From assembly GCA_965215195.1 (NCBI GenBank), contig CBDCDC010000002.1:3744001-3808000 (forward strand): DNA of 64,000 nucleotides. The letters run 5' to 3'. Both the position numbers and the translations under genes were made by a program. Below the pieces are notes generated by a model. It was not told the origin of the DNA, ran no database searches, and worked only from the letters and a program-made list of their open reading frames with translations. This DNA comes from Candidatus Latescibacterota bacterium (lineage in GTDB: Bacteria; Latescibacterota; UBA2968; UBA8231). Shown piece after piece: positions 29,894-39,628 of this stretch; within the stretch, counting starts at the first letter, position 1; each line of letters begins with the position of its first letter.

Positions 29894-32623
29894 CTATCCG
29901 ATGCGCAAGCGGATGAAATAGCGGACGGCACCGACATCCACGCGGTGTGAGGAGGAAGGATAGCGGTCAAAATTTTTCTGGTACCCGATGTTGGTACTCA
30001 CATCCACTCCGCGGAAGTTGCCGAGATTTTCCAGAACCAAGATGTAGTACCAAGAATCTCGATCCAAAAAAGGCCGCACCAAGTCTCGATGCTTCTCCCG
30101 CAGTGGCCATCCGAGGATCCCCCCTCGCAGCACGGTATGCGCTGCCAAATGGTAATCTCCCCTTGCGATCGGCGTCAGTGTATACGCGTGTCTCTGCAAA
30201 CTAAATAGTTCGGCCTTGGTCCGGTTGAAGACTGCCTTAAACATCGGACCGAAGCCGAAGCTATCGCCTATGTACCAGGTGTAATCGACCCTACCCACAT
30301 ACCCCATAGTCGTTATGCGGCTGTCCGGCTGAAAGAAATCCCCAGCGGTCAATTCCCGCTGGTCGTTGACTTCCACGAGAATATCATTGTAGATGTTCAA
30401 GTGCGGCAGCTCGTCCGTGTTGACATGAGTCCCCACCACGAGGGTATTCTGCAGACTGTTGCGCAGCAGCAGGCGATCCGGCAATACTTGGTACCGGCCG
30501 CCGCCGCCGAATTGGTACAGATCATTGCTAATATCGTCCCGTACTCTCTTGCCGTAGTAGCCCACCTGCAGCCGGCCAAGCCTCGGCCAGCGCCGCTGAT
30601 AGTTGGTCTTTACATAGGTGGTCAAATCCCGGCCACCGCTATCCGGTTGGCGCATATCGTAGTGGCCGACTCGCACCCACGCATGCTGTTGGGAAGTAAA
30701 AGGACGATAGGTGATAAAAAAATGACCGCCGCGACTATCGTGATCGTAGGGATAATCCGACCGATTGTCGTTCTCCCACCCATCCACCAGACCGTTATTG
30801 TTGAAATCGTCGCCGAACACAAAGGGCTGGTCGTAATAGGTTAGAACCTTGTCCGCTCCGTTGTACCAAGTATTGTCCCGAACTCCATCGTTATCTACAT
30901 CTAGGCCGGGAAAAACTCCGAATCCCAGACCGGCCCCCGGGGCCGGCGTCATGTTAAGCGAGGCAAAATCGCGCTCCTGCTCCCAGCGGTCGGGCCATTC
31001 ATCCCGGTCGTCGTTGTCGTCCACCAAGTCAAAGGGGGCGATGACATTTTGCCGGGGGTTCTGCATTAGGGCTTGAAAAGAAGTGGCAAAGCCCGAAGGC
31101 AAACTCACATACTCGAACCCGAGGTCCCAACGGCCCAGGTCCCGAAACCCATTGAGGAAATAGGCGTCCTCATTCGCGGAAAGACGCTTGCCCTCTCCCG
31201 ACGGGAACTTGAAGTAGGAGGTATTGCGGACGAATTCGCCCCAAGCGCGGAAGCCCAAGACTTTGGCCTCGAAATTCATCCCGTAGAGAATCATACCCGT
31301 CGGGAATCCATAGTGGAACGCGATCCACCCCATATTGCCGCGGTCCTTGGCATTGTTCTCGGCCCGCTTTGCAGTGTGCCAATCCCGCCATTGGACGTCG
31401 GTGCCGATCCAGTTTAGGGCGCTGGCCACATCCACCACGTAGTCCCCTGCGGCCAGCGCCCTGAAATGCACCTTCTCGGAACCCGGAGGAATCTCAAAGC
31501 GATAGACCAGAATATCCGTCTCATCTACTTGTAAGAAAGGAACGCCATCGTGGCTTACGGGTTCTCCTTCCCTAAAGAACAGCCCGCCGCTGGTAAAATT
31601 GCTGAGCTGACCGCTGCGCGTGTACCCCTCCCTGACGATTTCCTCCATCTGATAATTCTGGATTAGCCACGAAGGTCTGTCCGCCCGATGGAGCGCGATC
31701 TCACTGGTTCCCCGCCCGATGGTCCTGTTGGCAGCGCCTATAAGTTCGGGCACCGAGTGAATCATTCGGATCATCGGCTCGATATCGTCCCGCCTCTCGC
31801 CGTCGACGTATAGCTCCATGCGATAGACGCGTGGCCCTTCTTTGTCCCAATGGGAATCATCGCTGACTAAGACGAATACCGACTTGCCCTCGTCGAGAGC
31901 GGAAAAGGGAACGACTCCCTTGAGCGATCCCTCCTTCCTGCCCGCAATACTGTCGAAATTGTGAACATTGACATAGGTGGAACCCAGTTTGAGCACACTC
32001 CCCAAAGTCGTCTCCCAGTGGCCGCCTATTAGGTAGGTTCCGAACGAAGGTCTGCCGAATACGCCCTCTGGGTTTACCTGAACGCCGCTCTGCGACAGCC
32101 CCGTGGCCAAGAGGACTGGATCCGAGATCCGCGAGGCGATGATGCTGAAACCGGTCTTGCGCGTAGAGGCGTCGAAGCGAAGGCCGTTGAGACGGCTCAA
32201 ATTCAGGGTCAAAGGCGAAAAGCGGGTGGGGATGGCATCGCCTACCATGATAGCAGCCGACCATCCCCGGTAGGAATCCATGCCGATCATCAAGTTGCGG
32301 AAAATCTGTGGGTAGATCGGACTCTTGAAGATGGCGCTGCCCCGCTCTGGTCCCTCGGTACGGCTCTCCTCGAGCGTGAATACTGGCACCCCGTCGATCA
32401 AATAGACCCCGAAGGGGTCGTAAACCCGCCGCTCAATATCCTGCTCATCAAAGTCGCGGTAGCCGTACTGTCCGAGATTCTCGTAGCGTTCTTTTTGCCA
32501 CAAAGGGTAGTAGTCGCGGGAGATTAGCTGGGCCTCGGCCCTACAGAAGTACAGGAGGAACGCGGCGAATACAGCGAGTGATAATTCTCCTCTAAGCCGC
32601 TCTATCACGACGCTTCTCCGCAT
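29894..32623 (-). CDS. Large putative outer-membrane protein, paralog 1
   Basis: Signal ending AEA; RFSPLTL, DDNDDRDEWPD, GVFPGLDVDNDG, GDDFNNNG, SDYPY; start uncertain (32623 or 32704). Confidence 0.7.
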   Translation of the reverse strand: MRRSVVIERLRGELSLAVFAAFLLYFCRAEAQLISRDYYPLWQKERYENLGQYGYRDFDEQDIERRVYDPFGVYLIDGVPVFTLEESRTEGPERGSAIFKSPIYPQIFRNLMIGMDSYRGWSAAIMVGDAIPTRFSPLTLNLSRLNGLRFDASTRKTGFSIIASRISDPVLLATGLSQSGVQVNPEGVFGRPSFGTYLIGGHWETTLGSVLKLGSTYVNVHNFDSIAGRKEGSLKGVVPFSALDEGKSVFVLVSDDSHWDKEGPRVYRMELYVDGERRDDIEPMIRMIHSVPELIGAANRTIGRGTSEIALHRADRPSWLIQNYQMEEIVREGYTRSGQLSNFTSGGLFFREGEPVSHDGVPFLQVDETDILVYRFEIPPGSEKVHFRALAAGDYVVDVASALNWIGTDVQWRDWHTAKRAENNAKDRGNMGWIAFHYGFPTGMILYGMNFEAKVLGFRAWGEFVRNTSYFKFPSGEGKRLSANEDAYFLNGFRDLGRWDLGFEYVSLPSGFATSFQALMQNPRQNVIAPFDLVDDNDDRDEWPDRWEQERDFASLNMTPAPGAGLGFGVFPGLDVDNDGVRDNTWYNGADKVLTYYDQPFVFGDDFNNNGLVDGWENDNRSDYPYDHDSRGGHFFITYRPFTSQQHAWVRVGHYDMRQPDSGGRDLTTYVKTNYQRRWPRLGRLQVGYYGKRVRDDISNDLYQFGGGGRYQVLPDRLLLRNSLQNTLVVGTHVNTDELPHLNIYNDILVEVNDQRELTAGDFFQPDSRITTMGYVGRVDYTWYIGDSFGFGPMFKAVFNRTKAELFSLQRHAYTLTPIARGDYHLAAHTVLRGGILGWPLREKHRDLVRPFLDRDSWYYILVLENLGNFRGVDVSTNIGYQKNFDRYPSSSHRVDVGAVRYFIRLRIG

Positions 32624-32712
32624 TGCTTTGGGCTCGTGGTTTGACACAATCAGTGCCAGACCATCCCCTTGTTTTGTCTCGCCTAAAGGCGAGGTGAAGC
32701 GCACCGGCCGCG

Positions 32713-34971
32713 CTAGTAGACGAGATGGACGACCCCAGCGGCCGTTTCATCCCCGTTATCCAGATTCGCTTTAAGTGTAAAGAGATAAATTCCGGGGGGT
32801 GCCAATTCGCCCGATTCATCCATGCCATCCCAGAAGCCCGGAACAAAGCGCGCTTGTTCTTTATTTAAGAGAGGATGAACATAGCGGCCACCAATCAGCC
32901 GCTCCGCGTTGAGCCGGCGTACTCTGCGCCCGGACAGGTCGAAGATCTCCACATCCACGCGGCGCGGCGCGGCCACTTTGGTCAGGGTGAACTCGATCAC
33001 GGTGAAGTCGTTCACACCGTCTCCGTTGGGTGTGAAGACGCGAGGATGGGCTCTAACGTTGAGTAGATCTTTCGCCACCACATCGGTCACCACGACCCCC
33101 CAAGAAGCGCCGTCCACCGAGTCTTCGCGGATGTTCTGTGGATTTTCGGAATTAGGACTGAACAGGGCGGCGCGAAATTCATGCGTGTCGGTGTAGAGGG
33201 CCGAGTGGACTAGAACTTGGAAGGAGATTTCCGTCCCGTCCACTGAACTCAGCGGCGGTTCGAAGAGGATGTCTAGGTCGTTGAGGCTCCGCGGCATAAT
33301 CCGCAACACGCGGTTTCCCACGTCAATACCTCTGCTACCCGTGGGAAATTGCGGCACAGGGATATCCTCGCCGAACAGTTGAATCGAATCCACTCTAGTG
33401 GGAAAGCTAGGCAGGTGGAGCCGAATTTTCTCCACTGCGTCGCCCTCGGCCAACTCTAAGATAGCCCGATAGACGAAGGGAATCTCCACTCCCATCGGGA
33501 CCTGATTGGGGACCACTGAACCACGTGCATCCCTCGCGGCGATTGTCTCCGCGCTGAAGTCGATCGCAAGACTGTCCAAAGCCGGAGTAACTTCCAAGTC
33601 TTCGGTGCGGAGGTTGACCCGGTAGCGCAGATAGCGCCGCGGTTCGGGCGAGGGAACAAAGATGTCTGAGGCCTCAAATTCCCGACTCCAAGCACTCCAG
33701 CTAGCATCGGTCGTATCCGGCGAATCTCCCGTGCTAAACTGCAGGCTCAACTCCGTGGCTGCAGGCACATCCGCCCACCAGCGGACGCGCCCGAAATTCT
33801 TCACCGCAGCATCGCCAAAGTCCAGCGGCGGCGAGATATAGCTTCCTTCAGGGACAAAATCAACGCCGTATATTTGGATCTCCGTCACCTTAGCCGGATC
33901 GCGGCCTACCTCTGCTTGGGTCACTTGGATCCGGACGTAGCGCGCCAGCACTGGATCAAAGAGCACCTCGGTGAAGATAACGTCCTCTATGTCGTTGATT
34001 CCCCCCATCTCAATCCAGCGAGACTGGTCCTCGCTAATCTGCACAGAATACCCCAACAGCGAGTTGCCAGCATACGTCTCGTTTCCAGCGGGTGGCTTGG
34101 TTATAACCCGAACCCGGTTGATCCGCGTCAGGTCCGGCAGCGTAATGTCGACCAAGCGATTCAACGCACCCAGTCCTTGGGGCAGAGACCATACTGGAGT
34201 GCCGATCCGGCCATCGGTCACCCCCACTTCAGTAGCATTCAGCCCCAAGGCTATATTCTGGCCACGCTGGTCGGCGAGGACGATGCGACCCGTACTCGAA
34301 CTGCCCAGATTCACCGCATTCGGATAGCCGGCGATCACCTCGGCGAGCGGATGAAATATGCCTCCCTGCACCTGCCCTCTGCTAATCGTTCCGGCCTGCA
34401 CCCTCTGCCACGAATTTTGCACATTCTCGGTTGTCCAGTCGGTGCCGACTTGCGCGGCGTGTGACCAGAACCAAGGAGATGTTTCGTCCGTGAAGCTACT
34501 CACCACGACTTGAGGGCCAGCCTGAAGGCTGAGAATCAGGCCGCTGCCGGCCACCGCCTCGAAATGGTTCACCGCCACCGCGATATCGTTGGCCCCTGTC
34601 TGCAGATCTACGGAGACTCCTTCGGCAGTCCGCCAGTCGGTGTCGGATTCTACTTCGCTACCATTAAAAAAAAGGGTATAATCCCCGATAGCTGTAACCC
34701 TTGCAATCCCCGAGCGAGCCTGTTGAGCTTGGAAGGTATGACGGTAGTACGTTGTCTGCTCCCAGTGGCCGATGTGGAGAGCTTGGCCACAGAGCCGGCT
34801 GCTCCCAAAGCCGAGCAGGAGGAGAGTCAAGGACAGCAGAATTCTTCGTCTTCCCAAGAGAAAGCCTGCTTCCTGTAGGGGGCAACTTAGCTGTGCAGTT
34901 GAGATGGGGGTGAAAGAGGACGAGGTGGGCGAATGGTCCAAACAGCCGCTCACCTCGTCCATCTGGCTCAA
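32713..34971 (-). CDS. Secreted discoidin/CBM-like protein with FlgD-Ig / CHU_C-like C-terminal domain
   Basis: F5/8-like core (YSVQISED...ARYVRIQV...EIQIYG); C-terminal FTPNGDGVND...FWDGMDESG...PPGIY...VHLVY; start uncertain. Confidence 0.8.
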   Translation of the reverse strand: MSQMDEVSGCLDHSPTSSSFTPISTAQLSCPLQEAGFLLGRRRILLSLTLLLLGFGSSRLCGQALHIGHWEQTTYYRHTFQAQQARSGIARVTAIGDYTLFFNGSEVESDTDWRTAEGVSVDLQTGANDIAVAVNHFEAVAGSGLILSLQAGPQVVVSSFTDETSPWFWSHAAQVGTDWTTENVQNSWQRVQAGTISRGQVQGGIFHPLAEVIAGYPNAVNLGSSSTGRIVLADQRGQNIALGLNATEVGVTDGRIGTPVWSLPQGLGALNRLVDITLPDLTRINRVRVITKPPAGNETYAGNSLLGYSVQISEDQSRWIEMGGINDIEDVIFTEVLFDPVLARYVRIQVTQAEVGRDPAKVTEIQIYGVDFVPEGSYISPPLDFGDAAVKNFGRVRWWADVPAATELSLQFSTGDSPDTTDASWSAWSREFEASDIFVPSPEPRRYLRYRVNLRTEDLEVTPALDSLAIDFSAETIAARDARGSVVPNQVPMGVEIPFVYRAILELAEGDAVEKIRLHLPSFPTRVDSIQLFGEDIPVPQFPTGSRGIDVGNRVLRIMPRSLNDLDILFEPPLSSVDGTEISFQVLVHSALYTDTHEFRAALFSPNSENPQNIREDSVDGASWGVVVTDVVAKDLLNVRAHPRVFTPNGDGVNDFTVIEFTLTKVAAPRRVDVEIFDLSGRRVRRLNAERLIGGRYVHPLLNKEQARFVPGFWDGMDESGELAPPGIYLFTLKANLDNGDETAAGVVHLVY

Positions 34972-34984
34972 TACAGCCGGGATA

Positions 34985-36892
34985 TTACTTGAGCAAAGTC
35001 AGCTTCTTAGCCTCAAAGAAGCTACCAGCCTGTAGGGTGTAGAGATACACGCCACTGGCCACGCTCGCGCCAGAATCATCCGTCCCATCCCACGCGCTCT
35101 GATATGCGCCGGCCTCGACCCAACCCTGATGCAGAGTCTTCACCTGCTGACCCGACAAATTGTATATCTGCAGCATCGCGTTCTCAGCCCGAGGGATGCT
35201 GAAGCGGATAGTGGTCTGGGGGTTGGCCGGATTGGGAACGGCGTTATCGAGCGCATACGTATCGGGCAGCCCCACTCCCTCCACCGATTCTACGGCCGTG
35301 AGCCCGGTATCGGGATTGATGAGCGCGGTCTTGGTGTCAAAGGGAAAGTGGATCGCCTGACGAGCCGGAAATCCCGTGAAGTCGGGCACATCCCAGGGGT
35401 CGGTCCCACCGCCGCGCCGCGAGCCGATGTCCCAGTAGAGCCCGTCGTACGGACCGTCCTCTTCAATCGACTCAACCCATTGCGGCCAGTGGGCCGGAGC
35501 GTGGGTGGCCACCATGTGGAGGATACCCGTGCCATCCGGTCCTAAGATATCCACCGTGCTGGTGGTACTGCCTAACAGCGGGATAAAGGCAAAGCCCCAG
35601 CCGTCCTTGCTGCCCGAACCAGATGTGTTCCACGGCGTGATGGCAAAGGAGCCGTAATCGAATTCTCCGGTATCCGCGTTCCGCCGATCCGCAAAGCCGT
35701 CGCCATTGTCGTTGAGCCACTTCAACTCGCCGTCAAGAGTGATCTTGACATGCTGGGAGCCCGCATAGCCCACGACGTAGATTCCGGTATCGTCCACCCA
35801 GATATCGTGGGGGCTGAAGGCTTGGTTGCCCTCGCCCACATCCACGACTAGCCAGTCGGACAGGTCGAGCACATCGATGACCTCTCCGGTAGCCGCATCC
35901 TGAATCCCGACATTGGCGTGGGCGGGCGCGTCTCTACCTCGGTCGTAGATGGGGTAGTAGAGCCGTTCCTTCCATACATCTATGCCAGTTGAGCCCACAG
36001 CGAGATTCCCATCGCTGAAGGGCTCGAACTTCATGCGGCCGTCCCCTTCAGTGCCGAAGTTCCGGTCTAGGGTGACTTGGCCATTCGCTGGATCTACGTT
36101 GAACTTGATGGCACCGTAGATCGTTCCGTCCCAGCTATCGCCGTAGAAGTCGCCGGGCAGACTACCGTACTGTTTGCCGTTGCCGCCGCCCTGCCACTGG
36201 GCCGGCATGACGTCATCGGTGTGGGAAACGGTCATGAGTTCGTTTTCGACGTCAATCGCCTGCCACGCGCCCGGCGTCTCCAGCCAGTTGGTGCCGACGC
36301 GCGTGAGGAACAAGTGGCGCGGCCCATCCGCCGTCAGCCGCTGCGTACTGCCGCCGGTCACAATGAAGAGATCGCCGTTCTGGTCGCGGGCCAAACACGA
36401 CTCAGCCGTGTGCCGCTCATTAGCATAGCCCACCATGTTGATGGGTGCTTGGTCGTCAAGGCCGACGACAAAGAACCGATAGCTGGCATTGGGATCCGCC
36501 TGATTGCCGTTCATATCGTTTCCGTCCCATCGGATTGAATGCGAACCCGGCTCAAAGCGAGAGCCCGGGGAAACCCACAGAGCCTTGTTCACTTCTTGGT
36601 AGGTATGCCAGTTGAAATCGCCCTCCACCGTCAGCCCCGGCAGATCGGCATCCCCCCAGTTCGTGTAAACAGCTAGATAGACCGTGGCGGGAGATCCCGA
36701 CATAGTGAAGGGAATATCCACGGGGAAGCTGCTGATGCTCACGTCCTCGACTTCTATTGTCAGCACCGTGGGCATCCGGCTCTCGGTTATTTCATTCTCC
36801 TCGCCGCCTATGGCACCCTGGGCGAATGCCGAGTGGGTAGGTAGCAAAGCGAAAGCTACTGCGAGGCCAATACTGGCTAAAAACTTTTTCAT
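34985..36892 (-). CDS. Secreted protein with N-terminal FlgD-like Ig and T9SS type-A-like C-terminal sorting domain
   Basis: Signal AFA|Q; SIRWDGNDMNGN; C-terminal PNPANPQTTIRFSI...WDGTDDSG..VASGVYLY...KKLTLLK. Confidence 0.85.
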   Translation of the reverse strand: MKKFLASIGLAVAFALLPTHSAFAQGAIGGEENEITESRMPTVLTIEVEDVSISSFPVDIPFTMSGSPATVYLAVYTNWGDADLPGLTVEGDFNWHTYQEVNKALWVSPGSRFEPGSHSIRWDGNDMNGNQADPNASYRFFVVGLDDQAPINMVGYANERHTAESCLARDQNGDLFIVTGGSTQRLTADGPRHLFLTRVGTNWLETPGAWQAIDVENELMTVSHTDDVMPAQWQGGGNGKQYGSLPGDFYGDSWDGTIYGAIKFNVDPANGQVTLDRNFGTEGDGRMKFEPFSDGNLAVGSTGIDVWKERLYYPIYDRGRDAPAHANVGIQDAATGEVIDVLDLSDWLVVDVGEGNQAFSPHDIWVDDTGIYVVGYAGSQHVKITLDGELKWLNDNGDGFADRRNADTGEFDYGSFAITPWNTSGSGSKDGWGFAFIPLLGSTTSTVDILGPDGTGILHMVATHAPAHWPQWVESIEEDGPYDGLYWDIGSRRGGGTDPWDVPDFTGFPARQAIHFPFDTKTALINPDTGLTAVESVEGVGLPDTYALDNAVPNPANPQTTIRFSIPRAENAMLQIYNLSGQQVKTLHQGWVEAGAYQSAWDGTDDSGASVASGVYLYTLQAGSFFEAKKLTLLK

Positions 36893-37269
36893 AGCGCATT
36901 CTCCAAGCTGGTATAACTGGTGAAAGCTGAAAACTTCTGCGAAACTTCGCTTTACCCGATTTTGCTATTAACCACCTCCTTTCTTTGAGAGGGAGAAGTG
37001 TGTGAAGTGTGTAACGTCGGCCAAAATAGGTTAAAATTTTGGACAGCCAATATACAGAAAAATCCAGCGCAAAAGCAAATTTTATTATAACTTCAGCAGA
37101 TTGATCTGAGGTATCGCTGGTAACCAAACTGATTTCAAAATTCTCATGGGAAATGTGGTTGAATCTTCACGCTGAATTCCGCACATTTCGCAGCTACTTG
37201 ACCGCGTCTGCACGCCGCCGATTTGTAAGCTAACAATCCATCCGAGGAACTAATTTTTTGCAGGTATCC

Positions 37270-37695
37270 ATGGCCAAAATCCTCTTTCTCTGCACCGGTA
37301 ACTCCTGCCGCAGCCAAATGGCCGAGGGCTTTGCCCGCGCCCTAAAATCCACTCAATTTGAAGCCTACTCAGCGGGAATCGAGACCCACGGCCTCAACCC
37401 CAACGCTGTCCAAGTGATGGCCGAGGTCGGCATTGATATCTCGGCCCAGCAATCGACGCACGTTGACCAGCTTTGCCACATTGACTTCGACTGGGTGGTC
37501 GCGGTCTGCGATCACGCGGCCGAACAGTGTCCTGTTTTTCCGGGGTGCGCCCGGGTGGTCCACCGGGCCTTTGACGATCCGCCGAAGCTGGCGCGGAATG
37601 CGCGCAATAAAGAAGAAGCACTGGGGGTGTATCGGCGGGTGCGCGACGAGATCGGTGCTTATATCGAGACCTTGCCCGAGGGCTTGAGGGACTAA
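37270..37695 (+). CDS. arsC: Arsenate reductase (LMW-PTP family, thioredoxin-type)
   Basis: CTGNSCRSQMAEG P-loop, VC...CPVFPG, FDDP, RRVRDEI. Confidence 0.92.
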   Translation: MAKILFLCTGNSCRSQMAEGFARALKSTQFEAYSAGIETHGLNPNAVQVMAEVGIDISAQQSTHVDQLCHIDFDWVVAVCDHAAEQCPVFPGCARVVHRAFDDPPKLARNARNKEEALGVYRRVRDEIGAYIETLPEGLRD

Positions 37696-37870
37696 ACGCG
37701 CCTTGGCTACGGAACGACGCATATCATTAATGCATGCGTGAAAGTGGTCGGATGCGACGGAGAGGCTGGTACAACCAGCGAGGCGTCAGCCATACGACTG
37801 CGCGGCCCGCAGCCGATGAAATGGTGCCGACAGTAGAAAGAGCCGCTAACGGCACTGCAAGGGCAGGGGA

Positions 37871-38479
37871 TTAAGGCGCATCGGCGAGCGGCCGTGGAGT
37901 AGCGACGATGCAGCGGAAGGTGAGGTTGAGGCGCAGGGCGCACGGCTGTCGAGTCTTGGGGACTTGGTGCTGCCAGTGGGCTTGGGTCGGGCCGCGCATG
38001 ATGAGGAGTGCACCGTGCCCGAGGGAGATTTCGACCGGGGCGCGGTCGCGGCGTTTGGGCCGCAGGAGGAAGCGCCGCGTCCCGCCCAAACTCAGCGAGG
38101 CGATCGTCGGATCGGCCCCTAACTCGGGCTCGTCGTCGCTGTGCCAGCCCATGCTGTCGCGGCCATCGCGGTACTGATTGAGCAAGACGCTGTTGAAGGG
38201 ACAGTCGGCGGCCGCTTCGATCCGCGTCTTAAGGGCCAGCAGCGGCGCAGTCCACGGGCGCGGCGCCAGCGCCAGCCCGGAATAGGCATAGTGGGCCTGT
38301 GCGGACCCGTGCCACGCCGAAAGACGCGGCGCGGGAAGCCGGCGGCCAAAGACGACGACGTGGTGCTGCTGCCACTCAATGCCGTCCAACAGTTGCCGCA
38401 TGAATTGGTCGGCCTCGGCAGGAGCTAAAAAGTCCGCGGCGTAGCGCAGGTCGCCGTCCGTTAGCCGGATGGTTCTCAT
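37871..38479 (-). CDS. alkB: AlkB-family 2OG-Fe(II) dioxygenase (ALKBH2/3-like)
   Basis: FNSVLLNQYRDGRDSMGWHSDDE, SLSLG..RRF, WQHQVPK...RLNLTFR. Confidence 0.92.
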   Translation of the reverse strand: MRTIRLTDGDLRYAADFLAPAEADQFMRQLLDGIEWQQHHVVVFGRRLPAPRLSAWHGSAQAHYAYSGLALAPRPWTAPLLALKTRIEAAADCPFNSVLLNQYRDGRDSMGWHSDDEPELGADPTIASLSLGGTRRFLLRPKRRDRAPVEISLGHGALLIMRGPTQAHWQHQVPKTRQPCALRLNLTFRCIVATPRPLADAP

Positions 38480-38491
38480 GATGGCTAGTTC

Positions 38492-39391
38492 TCATTCCAC
38501 GGCAAAGCCGAGGTCGTCCAGTGCCCGGCACAGGGCGGCGCGGCCCGCATCGTCGAATGGGATGTGGGGCGGTCGGGCCGGGCCTACGGGCAGGCCGCGC
38601 ATGGTCAAAATCTCCTTGACGGCCGCTAGCAGGTCAAAGTGGAACAAGGTGGAGATGACCTCGTTGGCGCGCGCTTGCAGGGCCATGGCCGGCCGGATGT
38701 CGCTCGCTTCAAAGTGCTGCCGCATCTCCACGAACAGTTTGGGCATGATGTTGTAGGTTGAGCCAATGGCCGCGTCGCTGCCGGCGACCATGCCGCCGAG
38801 GCAGATTTCGTCCGGGCCGGAGATGAGGTTGAGGCGGTCGCCGCCTAGCTGCACGAGGCGCTGGAAGAGGTAGAAGTTGCTGTCGGTGAACTTGAGGCCG
38901 CTGAAGTTGGGCACGGCTTCCATGGCGTCGAGGAACTGTTCGGCCGTAACGTCCTTGGCGGCAGTTTGAGCGAGCCAATACACGTAGAAGGGCAAATCAG
39001 TGGCCGCACCAATAGCTGCGTAGTGGGCGACCGCGGCTTGGAGGTCGTTGGGCTGATCCACCGGCGCAACCGAAGCCACGGCCTCCGCACCAGCGGCCGC
39101 AGCGTGCTGGGCCAATTCCACTGCATTGACCGTGCTCGTCGCGCCGACTTGGAAGATCAGGGGCACGGCACCGGCCACCGCGGCTAGGGTCGCTTCGGCC
39201 ATGGCTTTGCGCTCGGGCACGCTCATGGCACTCCCCTCGCCCGTGCCGCCGCAGACGAAGAAGCCGTTAGAGCCAGCGTCGATCAGGTGCCGGACGAGCG
39301 GCTCGACGCGCGCCGGGGCCAATGCGCTGCCGTCGTCGGTGAACGGAGTGACGAGCGCGGGCCAGATCCCGCGCGCTAGTTTGTCAGCCAT
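38492..39391 (-). CDS. DapA/NanA family aldolase (N-acetylneuraminate lyase-like)
   Basis: PALVTPF, CGGTGEG, Schiff-base GLKFT, GSDAAIGSTYN; RBS GAGGA before ATG 39391. Confidence 0.88.
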   Translation of the reverse strand: MADKLARGIWPALVTPFTDDGSALAPARVEPLVRHLIDAGSNGFFVCGGTGEGSAMSVPERKAMAEATLAAVAGAVPLIFQVGATSTVNAVELAQHAAAAGAEAVASVAPVDQPNDLQAAVAHYAAIGAATDLPFYVYWLAQTAAKDVTAEQFLDAMEAVPNFSGLKFTDSNFYLFQRLVQLGGDRLNLISGPDEICLGGMVAGSDAAIGSTYNIMPKLFVEMRQHFEASDIRPAMALQARANEVISTLFHFDLLAAVKEILTMRGLPVGPARPPHIPFDDAGRAALCRALDDLGFAVE

Positions 39392-39439
39392 AGAATCCTC
39401 CACAGGTATGACTTGCGAATTCGTAGTTTGCAATTCCAA

Positions 39440-39624
39440 TTAAACCACTTGGCCGCCGCGGATGGTAGCCACCTGAGCACGGTGTGGGCCGGTCCTTCTA
39501 CGCCGGGGCCGGAGGCCACGATGCGGTCGCCGCGGATGGCCACGGCACCGAGGCCGTCTAGGCCGCTGTCCGCGCAGAACAGGCGCGGGGCACGCACCAA
39601 CAGGTCGTAGGTTTGTGCGGTCAT
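39440..39624 (-). pseudogene. Internally deleted amidohydrolase/dihydroorotase-like gene
   Basis: N-terminus MTAQTYDLLVRAPRLFCADSGLDGLGAVAIRGDRIVA fused out of frame to C-terminal QVATIRGGQVV-stop. Confidence 0.72.
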
Positions 39625-39628
39625 GGTG

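Noticed and set aside
36893-37269. att site/integrase marking the right edge of the lower-GC block, and the 111-aa ORF 36792-37127
   Set aside because: No tRNA, integrase or direct repeat matching the left edge was found; the ORF looks like non-coding AT-rich promoter DNA
37696-37870. Possible ncRNA or small ORF between arsC and alkB
   Set aside because: No recognisable RNA motif, strong stem or credible ORF with RBS
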